Source of the DNA: Perkinsela sp. CCAP 1560/9
Taxonomy: Eukaryota; Protista; Euglenozoa: Kinetoplastea
Reading direction: 5' to 3'
DNA length: 64,000 nt
Assembly (NCBI GenBank): GCA_965644495.1
Contig: CBFFSA010000006.1
Coordinates: forward strand, 744,001 to 808,000
Below the pieces are notes generated by a model. The model ran no database searches. It saw only the letters and a program-made list of their open reading frames with translations, and was not told the origin of the DNA. The position numbers and the translations under genes were made by a program. Of the stretch, positions 9,790 to 21,640 are shown piece after piece (position 1 is the first letter of the stretch; the number at the start of each line of letters is the position of its first letter).

Positions 9790-12700
9790 ATGAAATCTCA
9801 ATACCACACCGTAATTCTGGAGGATATTCCAGTGCGCTTCCCTTTTGAGCCATATCCTGTGCAAATTGAATATATGCGTTCCGTTATACGCACTTTAAAT
9901 GCCTCGCAGGAACACGCGCACGCTGCATTAGAAAGTCCAACTGGTACAGGTAAAACTCTTTCACTTCTTTGCTCTGTTTGTGCATGGCTTTTGTGGAGCC
10001 GGAAAAAAGAGAGGACAACAGAAAACTTATCCTCCTTTTCTACGTGCAAAATTATTTACACCACGCGAACTCATTCGCAAGTATCTCAGGTAATGAGAGA
10101 GTTTAGACGTTGTGGCTATGAGAAAGAACTGCAAAGTTGTGTCTTGGGTTCTCGTGAGCAATTGTGTGTTCATTCATCTATTCGCGAGTTGAAGGGTCAC
10201 ACTTTACGTGCCGCTTGTGCGAATGCCCGTGCTGTGCGATCTTGTCGTTTTAGTAATCATACTCCTTCAACTCCTTCTCCTTCTCAAGGGCGAGTCATGG
10301 ACATGGAAGATCTCTGTCGCGAAGGTCTATCCACTCCTTATTGTCCTTATTTTTATACCCGAGAAAAAGTATTGCCTACAGCTGATATAATATTTTGTCC
10401 TTACAATTATGCCTTAGATCCCTCGGTGATGACGCAGGATCTGCAGCTAAAAGGCAATATTCTGATAATTGATGAGGCCCACAATTTACCTTCAGTATGT
10501 CTGTCGACCACCAGTATTGAAATTGCGACTACTGACATTGCTGTGGCTATGGGAGATACTTCGAAAGCAATAGAATGTTTGGAGCAAAGTTCTACGACTC
10601 CCGAAGACTCATCGGATTTGCCTCCTGGTGACGAATCTCGTACAGAGGACGTGATGCAAGAACTAATAGTTCTACGAACACTTTTGTATAATCTGCAGAA
10701 TGAACTTGAAGCTCTGCCGCTAGAACTTCATAAAGATACTAACAGTTATGTTTACCTAAAATCCGGGGAACATGTATATTCGTTTCTATCTAAACTAAGC
10801 ATCACGTTCTCTACCGCTCAATTGTTCTTAGAACAAGTTGAGCACACAATGGAGCTCGCTATCTCAGGAAAAGAAAAAAAGGGCCTTTTAGGGTCATGTC
10901 AAGGATTGCAGACAGTTCTCGATTTTATTAAAGTAATCTTTCCACGTTTGAAGGATCGTACATCGCAGGACGTTGAAAATAATTTTAAGAGATCTTACAA
11001 TATGGTCGTACAGGCCGTTTCAGGGGTTGCCGGAACAAAGCGTCTGCTTTCCCTTTGGTGTCAAGATTGTAGTATGTGCATGCAACAAGTTCACACAAAG
11101 ACAAGGAATCTTCTCATAACTAGTGGCACGCTTACTCCGATTGATTCCTACACGAATGAACTTGGCATTCCTTTCCACACTATATTACAGGGCCCTCATT
11201 TTATTTCTTCTAGTCAAATATGTGCTTCGATTTGCAACGTTTCCGGGTGCGGTACAAGACTCAATGGAAATTATCAGAATCGTTCCAATGCCGATTATCA
11301 AATGGGTATTGGAACCTGCATTGTGAATTTATGCCGTATTATTCCAGACGGTATTCTTGTCTTCTTTCCCTCATATAGTTTTATGCAACAATTGTTGGAA
11401 TCTTGGCAAAGTCGTAACTGTGAAATATGGTCAACGTTAGCAAAACATAAACATGTTTTTGTTGAGCCTCGCACGACAACAGAGACTAGAAATGTTGTGC
11501 AAAAATTTCAGCTTACCATAGATAACAGCATAGCGGATGTGAAGACCAAAGGTGCCGTTTTATTTGCAGTTTGTCGAGGGAAAATTTCTGAAGGCGTTGA
11601 TTTTTCAGACCGACATGGGCGTAGCGTTATCATCATTGGTATACCGTATGCTAGTCGCAATGATTTAAATATCTTTCTGCGTCGAGAATATTTGGATAAA
11701 TGTTCCCGTGATCGCACAAACAATAGCACGAATTTTCTTACAGGGGAAGTATGGTATCGGCAGGAGGCCTTGCGCGCCGTTAATCAAGCGATGGGCCGCG
11801 TCATAAGGCATAAAGATGACTACGGTTCAATAATTCTCTTGGATGAGCGTTTTAAGAATCAGACAAGAAGTCTCAGCAAATGGATTCAACCTTTTTTGGC
11901 AACGTATGATAATTTTATTGACTGTCAAAGGGCTAATGCAACTTTCTTTTCTTCAAGAGAGCCTTCTAATGCAACGTTCCGTCACTCGGATATTGCTGTT
12001 TCACAAACAGAAACTAAATTACCATCCATTTTTCCGTCCTCTGCTAGCGCTGCATTCGAATATGAACTTTTAACCGCACGTGATGGTGTTTCCGAGTCCA
12101 GTATCAATGAATTCCGTTCGAAATCAACGGAAAACATTGCTGGCGAATCAATTGAATGGCTTTCCGGCACACGGTCACATCCTCAAAAAGTGTTTCCGAG
12201 AAGGCCATGTTCCGCAGAAACTCGTCAACGTACGGAATGTTCCTCAAAGCGAATGTCCTCGGAATCCTTTATTGATATTGACGCACTACCCCCCGCTTTT
12301 CGGAAATCTGATTCTGTTCCCCTTCTCTTCGGAGTCGTACCCACCGAAGACATCATCGATGCACAGACCACTAGTGCCACACTAGATACCTGCGTAAAGA
12401 ATGAAAATAAGCTTCCGGAAAGAAAAAATATTCAAATCACAAATAAAATTTCTTCTCAAAATCATATTCAGGTAGCAACTGCACCAGAGTTAGAAGCGTT
12501 TTTTAATCAAGTACGGATATACCTTAGTGGGGAATCTTCTTCATCTTATGGTCTATTCAAACGCATCTTGCAATCACTGGGTACTTTACGTTCGTGTGAT
12601 GCAACCAACACTTTTAGAAACTTTTGCAAAGATCTGTACAATGTATTACATGGAGAAACTGAGACCGGACAAGATTTCTTGCGCAAAGTCCGAGATCTTA

Positions 12701-12792
12701 TCATTCCAAAACCATTACGATCTAAATTTACTGAAGCCGCACCAGTACATTTGGCTAAGTTTCGTAAAACACGTCATATTGACATTCGCTGA
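9790..12792 (+). CDS. RTEL1: RTEL1-like Fe-S DEAH DNA helicase (XPD/FANCJ family)
   Basis: ESPTGTGKT, SREQLC, CPYF, DEAHN, GKISEGVDFSD, RAVNQAMGRVIRHKDDYG; C-terminal helical region resembles a harmonin-homology domain. Confidence 0.85.
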   Translation: MKSQYHTVILEDIPVRFPFEPYPVQIEYMRSVIRTLNASQEHAHAALESPTGTGKTLSLLCSVCAWLLWSRKKERTTENLSSFSTCKIIYTTRTHSQVSQVMREFRRCGYEKELQSCVLGSREQLCVHSSIRELKGHTLRAACANARAVRSCRFSNHTPSTPSPSQGRVMDMEDLCREGLSTPYCPYFYTREKVLPTADIIFCPYNYALDPSVMTQDLQLKGNILIIDEAHNLPSVCLSTTSIEIATTDIAVAMGDTSKAIECLEQSSTTPEDSSDLPPGDESRTEDVMQELIVLRTLLYNLQNELEALPLELHKDTNSYVYLKSGEHVYSFLSKLSITFSTAQLFLEQVEHTMELAISGKEKKGLLGSCQGLQTVLDFIKVIFPRLKDRTSQDVENNFKRSYNMVVQAVSGVAGTKRLLSLWCQDCSMCMQQVHTKTRNLLITSGTLTPIDSYTNELGIPFHTILQGPHFISSSQICASICNVSGCGTRLNGNYQNRSNADYQMGIGTCIVNLCRIIPDGILVFFPSYSFMQQLLESWQSRNCEIWSTLAKHKHVFVEPRTTTETRNVVQKFQLTIDNSIADVKTKGAVLFAVCRGKISEGVDFSDRHGRSVIIIGIPYASRNDLNIFLRREYLDKCSRDRTNNSTNFLTGEVWYRQEALRAVNQAMGRVIRHKDDYGSIILLDERFKNQTRSLSKWIQPFLATYDNFIDCQRANATFFSSREPSNATFRHSDIAVSQTETKLPSIFPSSASAAFEYELLTARDGVSESSINEFRSKSTENIAGESIEWLSGTRSHPQKVFPRRPCSAETRQRTECSSKRMSSESFIDIDALPPAFRKSDSVPLLFGVVPTEDIIDAQTTSATLDTCVKNENKLPERKNIQITNKISSQNHIQVATAPELEAFFNQVRIYLSGESSSSYGLFKRILQSLGTLRSCDATNTFRNFCKDLYNVLHGETETGQDFLRKVRDLIIPKPLRSKFTEAAPVHLAKFRKTRHIDIR

Positions 12793-13129
12793 ATTCCGGT
12801 GTCCCAGATTCATATTAATGTTTGATGTGAAGGGGGGCTCGTTTATTGTTAACAATAATTAATTTCGGTTTTTTCGCGTGACTTCCGAATTTTTTTTTCC
12901 CTATGTCATATTTTGTAGTGTTCAGGATAAGGAAAATGGTGCGCTTAACGATATTATTGAAACAATATTATTCAAACAACAGACTTTCAGTCGCCCGACA
13001 ATGGCAGCCTCCAGAGATAAACCGTTGAGAAGGCAAGTAAACGGTACTTCACGGACATCGCATTTCGATTTACATAATTCAGTTTTGGATGAAACTGGGT
13101 GGCAATGGATGGCAATTGAAAACTGCGTA

Positions 13130-13385
13130 CCGTTTACCCCCCAGTAATAGACCCTCTCCAGTAACAGATTTGGCCATTTTTGGGTTAACCCCCAGTAACA
13201 GAGATTAGGCTGGGGAGGGTGGTTGGAAGAGGGGGTGTTTGGGCGTGTGGGGGTGGCTGGGCGGGGTGAGGGTGGTTGCGCGGGAGCGAATGGCGTAGTT
13301 GCGGGGTTTTCTGGGCAGAAAATCAACGCACCCATGAACAAAAGCGGTACTTTACCACCAAAAAAGCATACCCCCCAGTAACAAG
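13130..13385. mobile_element. Family C TIR element end (one-ended or interrupted)
   Basis: TA|CCGTTTACCCCCCAGTAA with internal CCCCAGTAA repeats; same terminus as the MITE at 46341-46430. Confidence 0.6.
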
Positions 13386-13659
13386 AATTAGTCCACGTTC
13401 GTTGACAGTCGGATTTACTGTCAACGAAGTGGCAGCCAATTGGTTGACCCGTCAACGAAGTAGAGACGTACCCGATTTTTGCGTATATTTGCTCTCAGAG
13501 CACTAAATTCGACGTTTGCGTGTGGGAAATCACTCGTACGCATGAATTCAAGGCTACAGAACGTATTGGGTAGAGAATGCGACTCCAACCATACCATTCT
13601 TCCGACCCAAAAAGACCCCTTGGGGTCCAAAAATTACGTTTTCCCATTTTTTGGTCAAA

Positions 13660-14194
13660 AATGGGTCATTTTGGGAGGCGTACCACGGCTTCAAGAAGCG
13701 ACATCTCGCGAAGACAATGTCGTAGAAAGCTAGAATACGTCCCAAACTATCAAAATACAATAGTCGGAACAATTTTGGAAGAATATTTTTTTTACCATTT
13801 TTTTCGTCAAGTTGAAAAATTTTTCTAAACAAAATTTCCGAAAAAATCCGAACTTGACGGGCCCGTCCTGCGCATACGAGGTTGGGTCACCCCCGGGTAA
13901 TGTGGTGGAAAATGCGCGCCAAGACCCCGGCTACCCCTTCTGCGCTTTTTTTTTTCGAAAAATATTTTTTTCGAAAAACATTCGTGCGGTATGCCCCCCC
14001 CTGGACCACGCCGCCCTGGACCCCCCCTGGACCCCCCAAGGGTCCGATTTTTTTTTGAAAATTTTTGGACCACCGGAGCCCACTTTGTATATTTTTCTTC
14101 TATCATATTACTGTGTTCCTTTTTATATCTTCACTGTTTTTGTTCATTTTTTTTTCAATAATCGAGGGTAGAGCGGTAGACCAACCACCGCAAT
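13660..14194 (+). repeat. Dispersed repeat family A, copy 2 (uninterrupted)
   Basis: Shared core and CAACCACCGCAAT terminus; left boundary approximate. Confidence 0.85.
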
Positions 14195-14228
14195 TTTAAT
14201 TACCTTTAATTGAAGTTTCTCCGGTATA

Positions 14229-14279
14229 TAATTATTAGTATTCATTAATTATTAGTATTCGTTAATTATTAGTATTCAC
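14229..14279. repeat. 17-bp tandem repeat x3
   Basis: TAATTATTAGTATTC(A/G)T units. Confidence 0.8.
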
Positions 14280-14700
14280 TTCTTCAACATGATTATTTCT
14301 AGTTATTAAAACCAACCATTGACTTTCGATCATGATAAACATAATATTTGTATGAATCGTTTTCGGTATTTTCGCAATGTTTTGGATAAATACCTTTTAA
14401 CTCTTAAAGCTTAAATCTTTTCCTACGCTGCAGTTTGTACGCTGCAGTTGCTCAAAAAAAAGTAGGCTGCTGTTCTACGACTATTGTAAAGTAGTCGTTA
14501 ATTGTTTTTCGTTAATCAACGCGTTTACGAAGCATAGCGCATTTATTTAGTTACTAACTAATAGTTAGTGTTTTAGCTTCTCGCATCGTCATAGTCAATC
14601 ATAAGTTGACATGTGCATAATCATTTTTTCTCACGAAGAGATTAATATATTGTCATTATTTTGTTTTTACTTTATCGTAGATCATTATTGGGAACGCGAT

Positions 14701-16428
14701 ATGGAATTTTGGTACTGTGTATCTACGAAAGGTGTCGGTGGAAACCTTCGCCTTACCAAAACTTCTCCGTCTGCCCACAACAGAGCTGCTGGTTCAAAGG
14801 GATACATTTTTCTTCATTGGATATCAATCGATGGAAACCATACAATTGTTCTTTCTTTCCACCCCAAAGAGAGTTGGAAAATTTATCTTGCCCGTAGATC
14901 AGGGTCTACGAAAATGAAGATTTCAGTCCCCATTCAACAGGACTCCGCAACTGAAAATGAGGAAAATATTGTTGGCAGCGTGAACGCAAAGAAAGAGGAA
15001 TGCCACGTGTTCGATTTTCATTCCTTGAGTGAGAGGGAAATGGTTGCACAGCTTATTAAAAATCATGGATGCGACGGATCTGATTTGGATACCACATTGA
15101 CTACGGTCCAGCAGCAGACTGGTTCTGATGCTACTGATCCTGCAAAAACGAAATTTTCGAATGTTTCTGCCTCAACGTTTCAAGAAAAAATAGGTATGAG
15201 CAGTAAACCAGTGTCTAGTTCACTATCTTATAATGTCATAGAAGCTTCCAAGGGCACAACTGAATTTTTGACATACATTACTCCTCAATTTGTCCGTGAT
15301 GTGTTTGGTCAATTTCCCTCAGTACTACTTGCATATTCTGAGACAGTGCTAAAGGGTGAAATGGAAGAAGAGACTTTTTGGCGGGAATTCTGTTGTAGTC
15401 ACTATTTTAGTTCGCTTGCAAGAGGTAACGTATCTGATCGATTGGCTATCGTCTCTTCAACAGATTCACGAGCGCACAAGGGTTTTTTTGAGGTATATGA
15501 GGAAAGAATAAAAACTGAAAATAATAAAACATTGAAAGGTTTGCCTTTTCTAAGTACGTCATCACAAAATACCACGACTGACGCTTTTGCTTGCGATCCA
15601 ACTTTGCACCTCGATCGACAAAATGTTGAAATTGTCCCGAGCCCTGGCTATAGCACTCACAGAAATGCCAACGAAAGAAATTTGATACCACATTCTCTTG
15701 AAGAGGTAGAACCCATTTTTGATCTTAGCCAGGCGGTATTGTCATCTTCTCGCCCACAGTCTTCCTCTCACGTACATGATACATCTCTCAACTCAGAACT
15801 ACGAAGACATACCGAACTTAATGACTTGCACAAGCGTGCAGTTGACTCGAATTTGAGCAGTGACTCTCACCCTTCTCAGTGCAACATTATTGTCCAAGAT
15901 TTTGCGGTTGCGAAAAAGAAAATTGAAAATTACGCATTGGAAACTGATAGCTTCATAAACGCGGTTCCCTTTCGGAATTTAATTCAAAAGCAATACACAG
16001 ATATTACGTGGACTTGCCCTCCCGAATTTTTATCCATCATAATATCCCGCTCTTCATCACACTTTCCGTTTGGCCAACGAATTTATGATACAATGTGTTC
16101 ACTGTACTGTGGCAAGACATTAGATAGATGTATGTCTAGCGAGAACAATGAAAATTACAAAACCTCATGCTCTTTTCAGGAGTTATCTTTTCTTAGACAT
16201 AGCGAATTCATTCAAAGAATAATACGCTCCTGCACCCTTGCATGGAGTCTTCATGCTGATAGTGTTGAAGTTCTTAGACCACTGATGTCAGATCTTCGGC
16301 GTTTACGAAATGAATTAGATGAATTGATATCTAAATTTGACGATAGCAGTGTGAAACGAGAGCAATGTGAAGGCATTTTGCGTCTTCTTCAAAACGCAGC
16401 TACACATTTGGAAATGTTAATAAAATAA
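14701..16428 (+). CDS. TFB1: TFIIH p62/Tfb1-like BSD-domain protein
   Basis: VFGQFPSVLLAYSETV..EMEEETFWREFCCSHYF matches the p62 BSD motif; N-terminal region PH-like. Confidence 0.7.
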   Translation: MEFWYCVSTKGVGGNLRLTKTSPSAHNRAAGSKGYIFLHWISIDGNHTIVLSFHPKESWKIYLARRSGSTKMKISVPIQQDSATENEENIVGSVNAKKEECHVFDFHSLSEREMVAQLIKNHGCDGSDLDTTLTTVQQQTGSDATDPAKTKFSNVSASTFQEKIGMSSKPVSSSLSYNVIEASKGTTEFLTYITPQFVRDVFGQFPSVLLAYSETVLKGEMEEETFWREFCCSHYFSSLARGNVSDRLAIVSSTDSRAHKGFFEVYEERIKTENNKTLKGLPFLSTSSQNTTTDAFACDPTLHLDRQNVEIVPSPGYSTHRNANERNLIPHSLEEVEPIFDLSQAVLSSSRPQSSSHVHDTSLNSELRRHTELNDLHKRAVDSNLSSDSHPSQCNIIVQDFAVAKKKIENYALETDSFINAVPFRNLIQKQYTDITWTCPPEFLSIIISRSSSHFPFGQRIYDTMCSLYCGKTLDRCMSSENNENYKTSCSFQELSFLRHSEFIQRIIRSCTLAWSLHADSVEVLRPLMSDLRRLRNELDELISKFDDSSVKREQCEGILRLLQNAATHLEMLIK

Positions 16429-16578
16429 TTTTTGAGAGTGATCGAATTTCTGCTTTTCAGTATTACACCGTCTTTGTATTTCACCCCGTGTATTACCCCG
16501 TCTTTCGCTTTTAATATTTCTTTCTTTCCATTTAAGGGCTATATTGCATAAATTTTATTTGACGTCGTTTTTCCCATA

Positions 16579-17205
16579 ATGTCTTATTCCATGAAGCATT
16601 GCTTAGAGCTTGTGCCAGCTCTATTTTCAGATGAACGAGCCGGACGTATCCGTGGGGCTATTCTTCCTTCTGAGTATGAACTGTACAGATTCATTCGAAA
16701 TGTAACCAATCGCAATCCTACTTGGTCGACAAGTCTCTCAGCTTGTGATTGGGAATGGGTTACTTGTAATACTGCCCGTGAGGTAAAGCGTTTAAGGTGG
16801 GGTGGTCTTGGTTTATGTGGCTCGATTCTATGGAAGCATACTCCTGCCACAATTGAACTCCTCGATATGGGAGGTGATGCAAGTGGAGACCACATAAATT
16901 TTTTGTCTGGGGAAGTAAACTTCCGACTTCTTCCTCCAGGACTACTTGCTCTCTATCTGGAGTTCAATAAATTTACCGGAGAACTAGTGGCATCGCACCT
17001 TCCATCTCGTTTGAAATCATTGCATTTAGCTTCTAATTATTTTCATGGTTTCATAAATTTCTATGAACTTCCGTCTTCTCTTTTTGTTTTAGATGTCTCA
17101 AAAAATGCACGCTTACAAGGTAACTATACTTTGTCTTTTCAGTCGCAACGTCCGTTTATGATTGCAAATACGCGGGGGACCATGATTGAGTGCTCAAAAT
17201 ATTGA
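16579..17205 (+). CDS. Small leucine-rich-repeat protein
   Basis: N-cap W..SACDWEWVTC followed by LPxxLxxLxLxxNxFxG repeats. Confidence 0.85.
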   Translation: MSYSMKHCLELVPALFSDERAGRIRGAILPSEYELYRFIRNVTNRNPTWSTSLSACDWEWVTCNTAREVKRLRWGGLGLCGSILWKHTPATIELLDMGGDASGDHINFLSGEVNFRLLPPGLLALYLEFNKFTGELVASHLPSRLKSLHLASNYFHGFINFYELPSSLFVLDVSKNARLQGNYTLSFQSQRPFMIANTRGTMIECSKY

Positions 17206-17207
17206 AC

Positions 17208-17460
17208 TACTGTCCATAAGTACTGTGACCCCCCACATTTGTGTGGACACAAATTGTATAGCGGGGTATCCCCCACTTAACCCCCAGGACACGATCAGTC
17301 ACCCCCTCAAGAATTTGGTTACTTTATCCGTTCGGGCTAATTTTTGTTGCGTTTCGCAGATCTCGATGACGCTTGTTTGCGCATACAGGCACCACCTCTG
17401 CTTTTGTCTTAAACAATTTGTGTACTAAAGCAATAAAAACGAGCAAAATATGAAGCTGTA
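17208..17460. mobile_element. TIR-element fragment between the two LRR genes
   Basis: GCTAATTTTTGTTGCGTTTCGCAGATCTC block also at about 1755, 51580 and 52420; TACTGTGACCCCCC also at 62660. Confidence 0.45.
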
Positions 17461-17613
17461 AAGCTTAAACACTGCATTGCATTTTTTTTGCGATTGCATG
17501 GGGTCCTATTATATGGGATTATAGTATATAAACCCTATTACGCTTTTAAGCCTATTCCTGATTTCTTAATTGACATAAGATTATACATGGAGTTATACTT
17601 CAATTCTTGGTCG

Positions 17614-18291
17614 ATGAATTTAGCTTTTATGGATGTTGGGGCGCGTCGCAAAGGCTCCAAAGTTCGTGGCACATCCTTACCCCAAGAATATGCTCTAGTC
17701 AAATTTCTGGCCAATGTGACTCACGACTCCGGCACCTGGTCAACGCATACACCAGCTTGCGCGTGGAATGGGATTTCGTGTGATGGGAAAGATCGCGTTG
17801 TCGAGATACGTATCGGGGGGGAAGGCTTGAGTGGAACCCTTGACGTGTCCTCGCTACCTGCGTCATTACTTTTGTTAAACACAGCCAGTAATAAATTATG
17901 TGGCTCCGTCGCTTTCTGTTCACTTCCCGGAGAACTCCAGCAGCTAATTCTCCGCTACAACTTTTTTACCGGGCTTGTCGATCTCACGAGACTTCCTTTC
18001 GGACTTCAGTCTCTCTCTTTGCAGTCCAATCGGTTCTCCGGGACGATTGATCTTGCATCGCTTCCCCCTACTTTACATTCTATTTATTTGGGATGCAACA
18101 ATCTTGACGGAGGGCTCGATCTCTCCTCTCTTCCGCGGACTCTTCGTGATCTCTATTTGAACGACAACAACTTCACTGGTTTGGTCGATTGTAGCCGATT
18201 GCCGACCTCATTAAAGACACTACAAATGTCACGCACGCAGATAAGATATGACCCACAACAATGTTCTGCTTTAATTCAGATTTATACATAA
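17614..18291 (+). CDS. Small leucine-rich-repeat protein (alternative ATG at 17587)
   Basis: WSTHTPACAWNGISC N-cap; about six LPxxLxxLxLxxNxFxGxxDL repeats. Confidence 0.88.
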   Translation: MNLAFMDVGARRKGSKVRGTSLPQEYALVKFLANVTHDSGTWSTHTPACAWNGISCDGKDRVVEIRIGGEGLSGTLDVSSLPASLLLLNTASNKLCGSVAFCSLPGELQQLILRYNFFTGLVDLTRLPFGLQSLSLQSNRFSGTIDLASLPPTLHSIYLGCNNLDGGLDLSSLPRTLRDLYLNDNNFTGLVDCSRLPTSLKTLQMSRTQIRYDPQQCSALIQIYT

Positions 18292-18621
18292 TACCTACAT
18301 AGTATCGCAGATTAGCTATGATTTCATCCTTGTGTACGAATTGTACATGGCCCGCTATGAAAACGTTGTTTTATATAATAAAGAGAATTTGATTTTTATG
18401 TCATAGAGTTTGGGAGTTCGGAAGAGTGTCATAAATATTTATGTTAGAACATCATCGAGGTCGGTAATCTTTTTTTAGTTCATTCCGTGCACGTACAAGT
18501 CGTTACATTATACCAGCTTGCTTTCGCAAGCGAACTGGTGCTAGAAATTTTCATTACCTTTTACTATACGCAGAGTGTCCTTTTATCTTGAACTTCTATT
18601 TTTACAATATCTTTTACTAGT

Positions 18622-19170
18622 ATGACCGTTCCTTCTTGCAAGCGGCGTCATGTTCTACATGACTTGGTTTCAAAACCAGGTTTTGATATTATTCCTGAAA
18701 CCGAGCATTATCGTCAACTTGGATCTAAGTCTTTTTCTGGAAAAGCTTACTACTTGGGTCACACTGAATCTCACCATAATACCTCTGTTGATAGTACAGG
18801 GCATCGCTCCATGATGAAATCAATTCCCATCAAGGCAACGCTTCGTTTAGATTATGTGGATGTTTTCATCAGATGGTACCGCGATGTTATTTTTATATCT
18901 CTAGACGATAATCTAAAGAACAATGAAATATTATGTGACGAAATTTTTGAGAAACATGCTGCTCATACATCGTCTGCTATCGTTCATATCGATTCTGATA
19001 AGGGTAAAACGTTCGTCGCTGAACTTAAACATGGTCGGGTCCCGGAACTTGTGACACAACAAATCTTACTTCCACTTTACAAACGCAGAATGCATATTCC
19101 TCCTGTAGCCCTTCACGTAGAAGATCTCAGAACCAGTAACGGAGGTAGAATTGTTGGGGACATGAGGTAA
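18622..19170 (+). CDS. Hypothetical protein
   Basis: 182-aa ATG-initiated ORF, co-oriented with the cluster and preceded by a pyrimidine tract and AG. Confidence 0.65.
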   Translation: MTVPSCKRRHVLHDLVSKPGFDIIPETEHYRQLGSKSFSGKAYYLGHTESHHNTSVDSTGHRSMMKSIPIKATLRLDYVDVFIRWYRDVIFISLDDNLKNNEILCDEIFEKHAAHTSSAIVHIDSDKGKTFVAELKHGRVPELVTQQILLPLYKRRMHIPPVALHVEDLRTSNGGRIVGDMR

Positions 19171-19422
19171 TATTATTATTACCTAAAATTATTACCTAGT
19201 TCTTAAATAGTTGAAATAGGAGGGGTACCTTCATATTCCTGGAAGGGGTAAAACACAAAGTTGCCTTTTAGATTTTTACACATACTTCGAATTCTTGCAG
19301 CTTGTAAGATTTGCTAGATTCTTATTTATATCTTCGATATTTTTCTTTTTTCACTTCATTTTCATCACTTTCTTCTGATCAATTTAGACGACTTACGCCT
19401 TCATCTTTTCTTTCATATTTTA

Positions 19423-19845
19423 ATGGTACGCATTGCAAAGACAAAGACTGGAGCGAATCGTAAGAAAGGTAGCGAACGACGTACGTACCTTCCCAAAGTA
19501 GTGACCCTGGAAACTACCATTCATCTCGCGCCGCACATGAACAATGTCACGCACAAAAAGAGAGCTCCGCGGGCCTGCAAAGTTGTAAAACAGTACGCTC
19601 GCCGCATGATGGATACAACGGACAATCGAATCGATGTGAAACTCAACAAAGCTCTGTGGTCTAAAGGTATTCGATCTGTGCCTCATCGCATTCGTGTGCG
19701 TATGGCACGAAAAGTTCGAGAGGCTGCGGGAGAGGGAAGTGGACGACGTGGTGGCGGTAAGTACTACACGGTTATATCTTATGTAACACCCAAAGATGGT
19801 ACTTTCAAGGGCAAACAAACAGAGATCGTACAGGAAGACGAATAA
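19423..19845 (+). CDS. RPL31: 60S ribosomal protein L31 (eL31)
   Basis: TIHL, KKRAPRA, RIDVKLNKALWSKGIRSVPHRIRVR. Confidence 0.95.
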   Translation: MVRIAKTKTGANRKKGSERRTYLPKVVTLETTIHLAPHMNNVTHKKRAPRACKVVKQYARRMMDTTDNRIDVKLNKALWSKGIRSVPHRIRVRMARKVREAAGEGSGRRGGGKYYTVISYVTPKDGTFKGKQTEIVQEDE

Positions 19846-20294
19846 AAGGCATGGTTAGTACTTCAGTATCTTTATGAAAAGAAGCGAAAAGATGGAGTAA
19901 AGAAAGAGGGTCATATTTTTAAAGAATATTACTTTTGAAGCGAAAATGACTATTCTAAATCTAAAATAATTATGCACTGAAATTGTGTTCTTGGCTAACT
20001 ACATGTATTGTAGTATCATCAAGTGTTGTATCTCATACCCATTCTAGTACGATGCTAATAGTGATACGTTACTATCACATTTCTTTTTTTAAATATTTTT
20101 TAATAATTACATGAACCTCCTGGAAATAGCGTATTTTATGAATGAGGCACGAGTTTTGATGGAGTTTCGCATGGATCTCGGTCGTGACCTCCTTGATTCA
20201 AAAGGCACTATTGCTTAGTGATTTTGCTTTAGTTATTTTGCTTTATTCACAGACATCTAAATTTTCTTGCCTGGGTTCCAACCTGAATATTTGG

Positions 20295-20349
20295 ATGACA
20301 TACATGTATAGACATGACATACATGTATAGACATGACATACATGTATAG
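20295..20349. repeat. 19-bp tandem repeat x3 containing TACATGTA
   Basis: ATGACATACATGTATAGAC units. Confidence 0.85.
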
Positions 20350-21425
20350 GCATCGAAATTAAACTGTACTCCATTTTTACCATTTCATGATGAACTCCGA
20401 CGAAAACGCGTCCTTTATGATGGTTCCTTTTGGATACCTACTTGATCACAATCTGTCAGCAAGTTCACTGATCAATTCAATATATTTTCGTTCCTAATAC
20501 AGCAGTCTTTTCAGGAGTCCCTAAAACTTTAAAAACTTTATTATATTTTAGTACTTTTATACATACATTACCGCGTACAGTACTCGGGTACGTACTCGCT
20601 TTGAGTACTCGAGTACCGTATGCGGGTACCGTATTCGCGGTACTCGCCTTGCAATACTCACTAACCCAAAACAATAGTGGCAGGTGGCAGTAAACAGGGG
20701 TATAGGAATAAAACCAGGATGGTATGAGATGTGGGAAGAGGTGTTTGTCTCGGAGCCTGGTGTTCAGTACCGGTTCTAGAAAGCTGGAGCACGTCTGATT
20801 TCCTATAGAACAAACTTCCTATTTCATAAAATGAATTTCTAAACAGAATAGAAATGAAAAACCAACTGGGCAAAGGGAAAGTATGAGATACAAAGGAATA
20901 CAAAAATTAAAAACAATGACAGGACGAACATTGAGTTTTCAAGTATAAAAATTACATGTGTAATGCATGTATGTAATACATGCATGTATTATTGTACATG
21001 CATGTAATACATGTACATATTGTTACATGTACATTGTATGTTAATTACATGTGTAATGCATAATGTACGAACAGTATAGAAGACATTTAAAAGGGAGCAT
21101 TGTTTGCATGACAAGAAGAAAAACTTAAGCCCAGGTATAAAGTGTAGCCCGGGTGATTGTTAAGCACATTACGTGAAACTTTGAAAACCCCATAGAAACA
21201 TACAGGGGGGTGCACAAAATATGGGAGGGGGTCAAAATTCGCGTAGGTTGGCCAATTTCGGAAAATACCGCATTCGAGAGCTCTCACAGACTTACGTGTC
21301 ATGTGATACTGCGTTTTACGTTGTTTCCGGGTATGTGCATTTTCCCAAATACCGTAAAAACGGCAAATACAAGTTTGATTTCTGACGAAAAAAATGTTAA
21401 TATCCACAATTTCCACCTTTTTTTG

Positions 21426-21640
21426 CTATATGTCAATTTGCGCCCGTGTCGGTACACTCTTTAATGTCATCAAAAAAACATTGTATAGCTTCCCTTTTAA
21501 TTTTGGTCCACATAATACCCAACACCTGGCAGTGTTCCCGTGAAACCCAAACTCCTTGGCGACAGCAGAAAAAGATTCCGTTTCTACAATTCCTTTTACC
21601 AAAAGTATCATGTGAGAGGGTCAGAGTTGCCCATGTCATA
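21426..21640 (-). pseudogene. Transposase N-terminal HTH relic
   Basis: ESFSAVAKEFGFHGNTARCW parallels NSYSRTAQNFGVHEGTVKLW of the 23407-24000 transposase. Confidence 0.5.
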
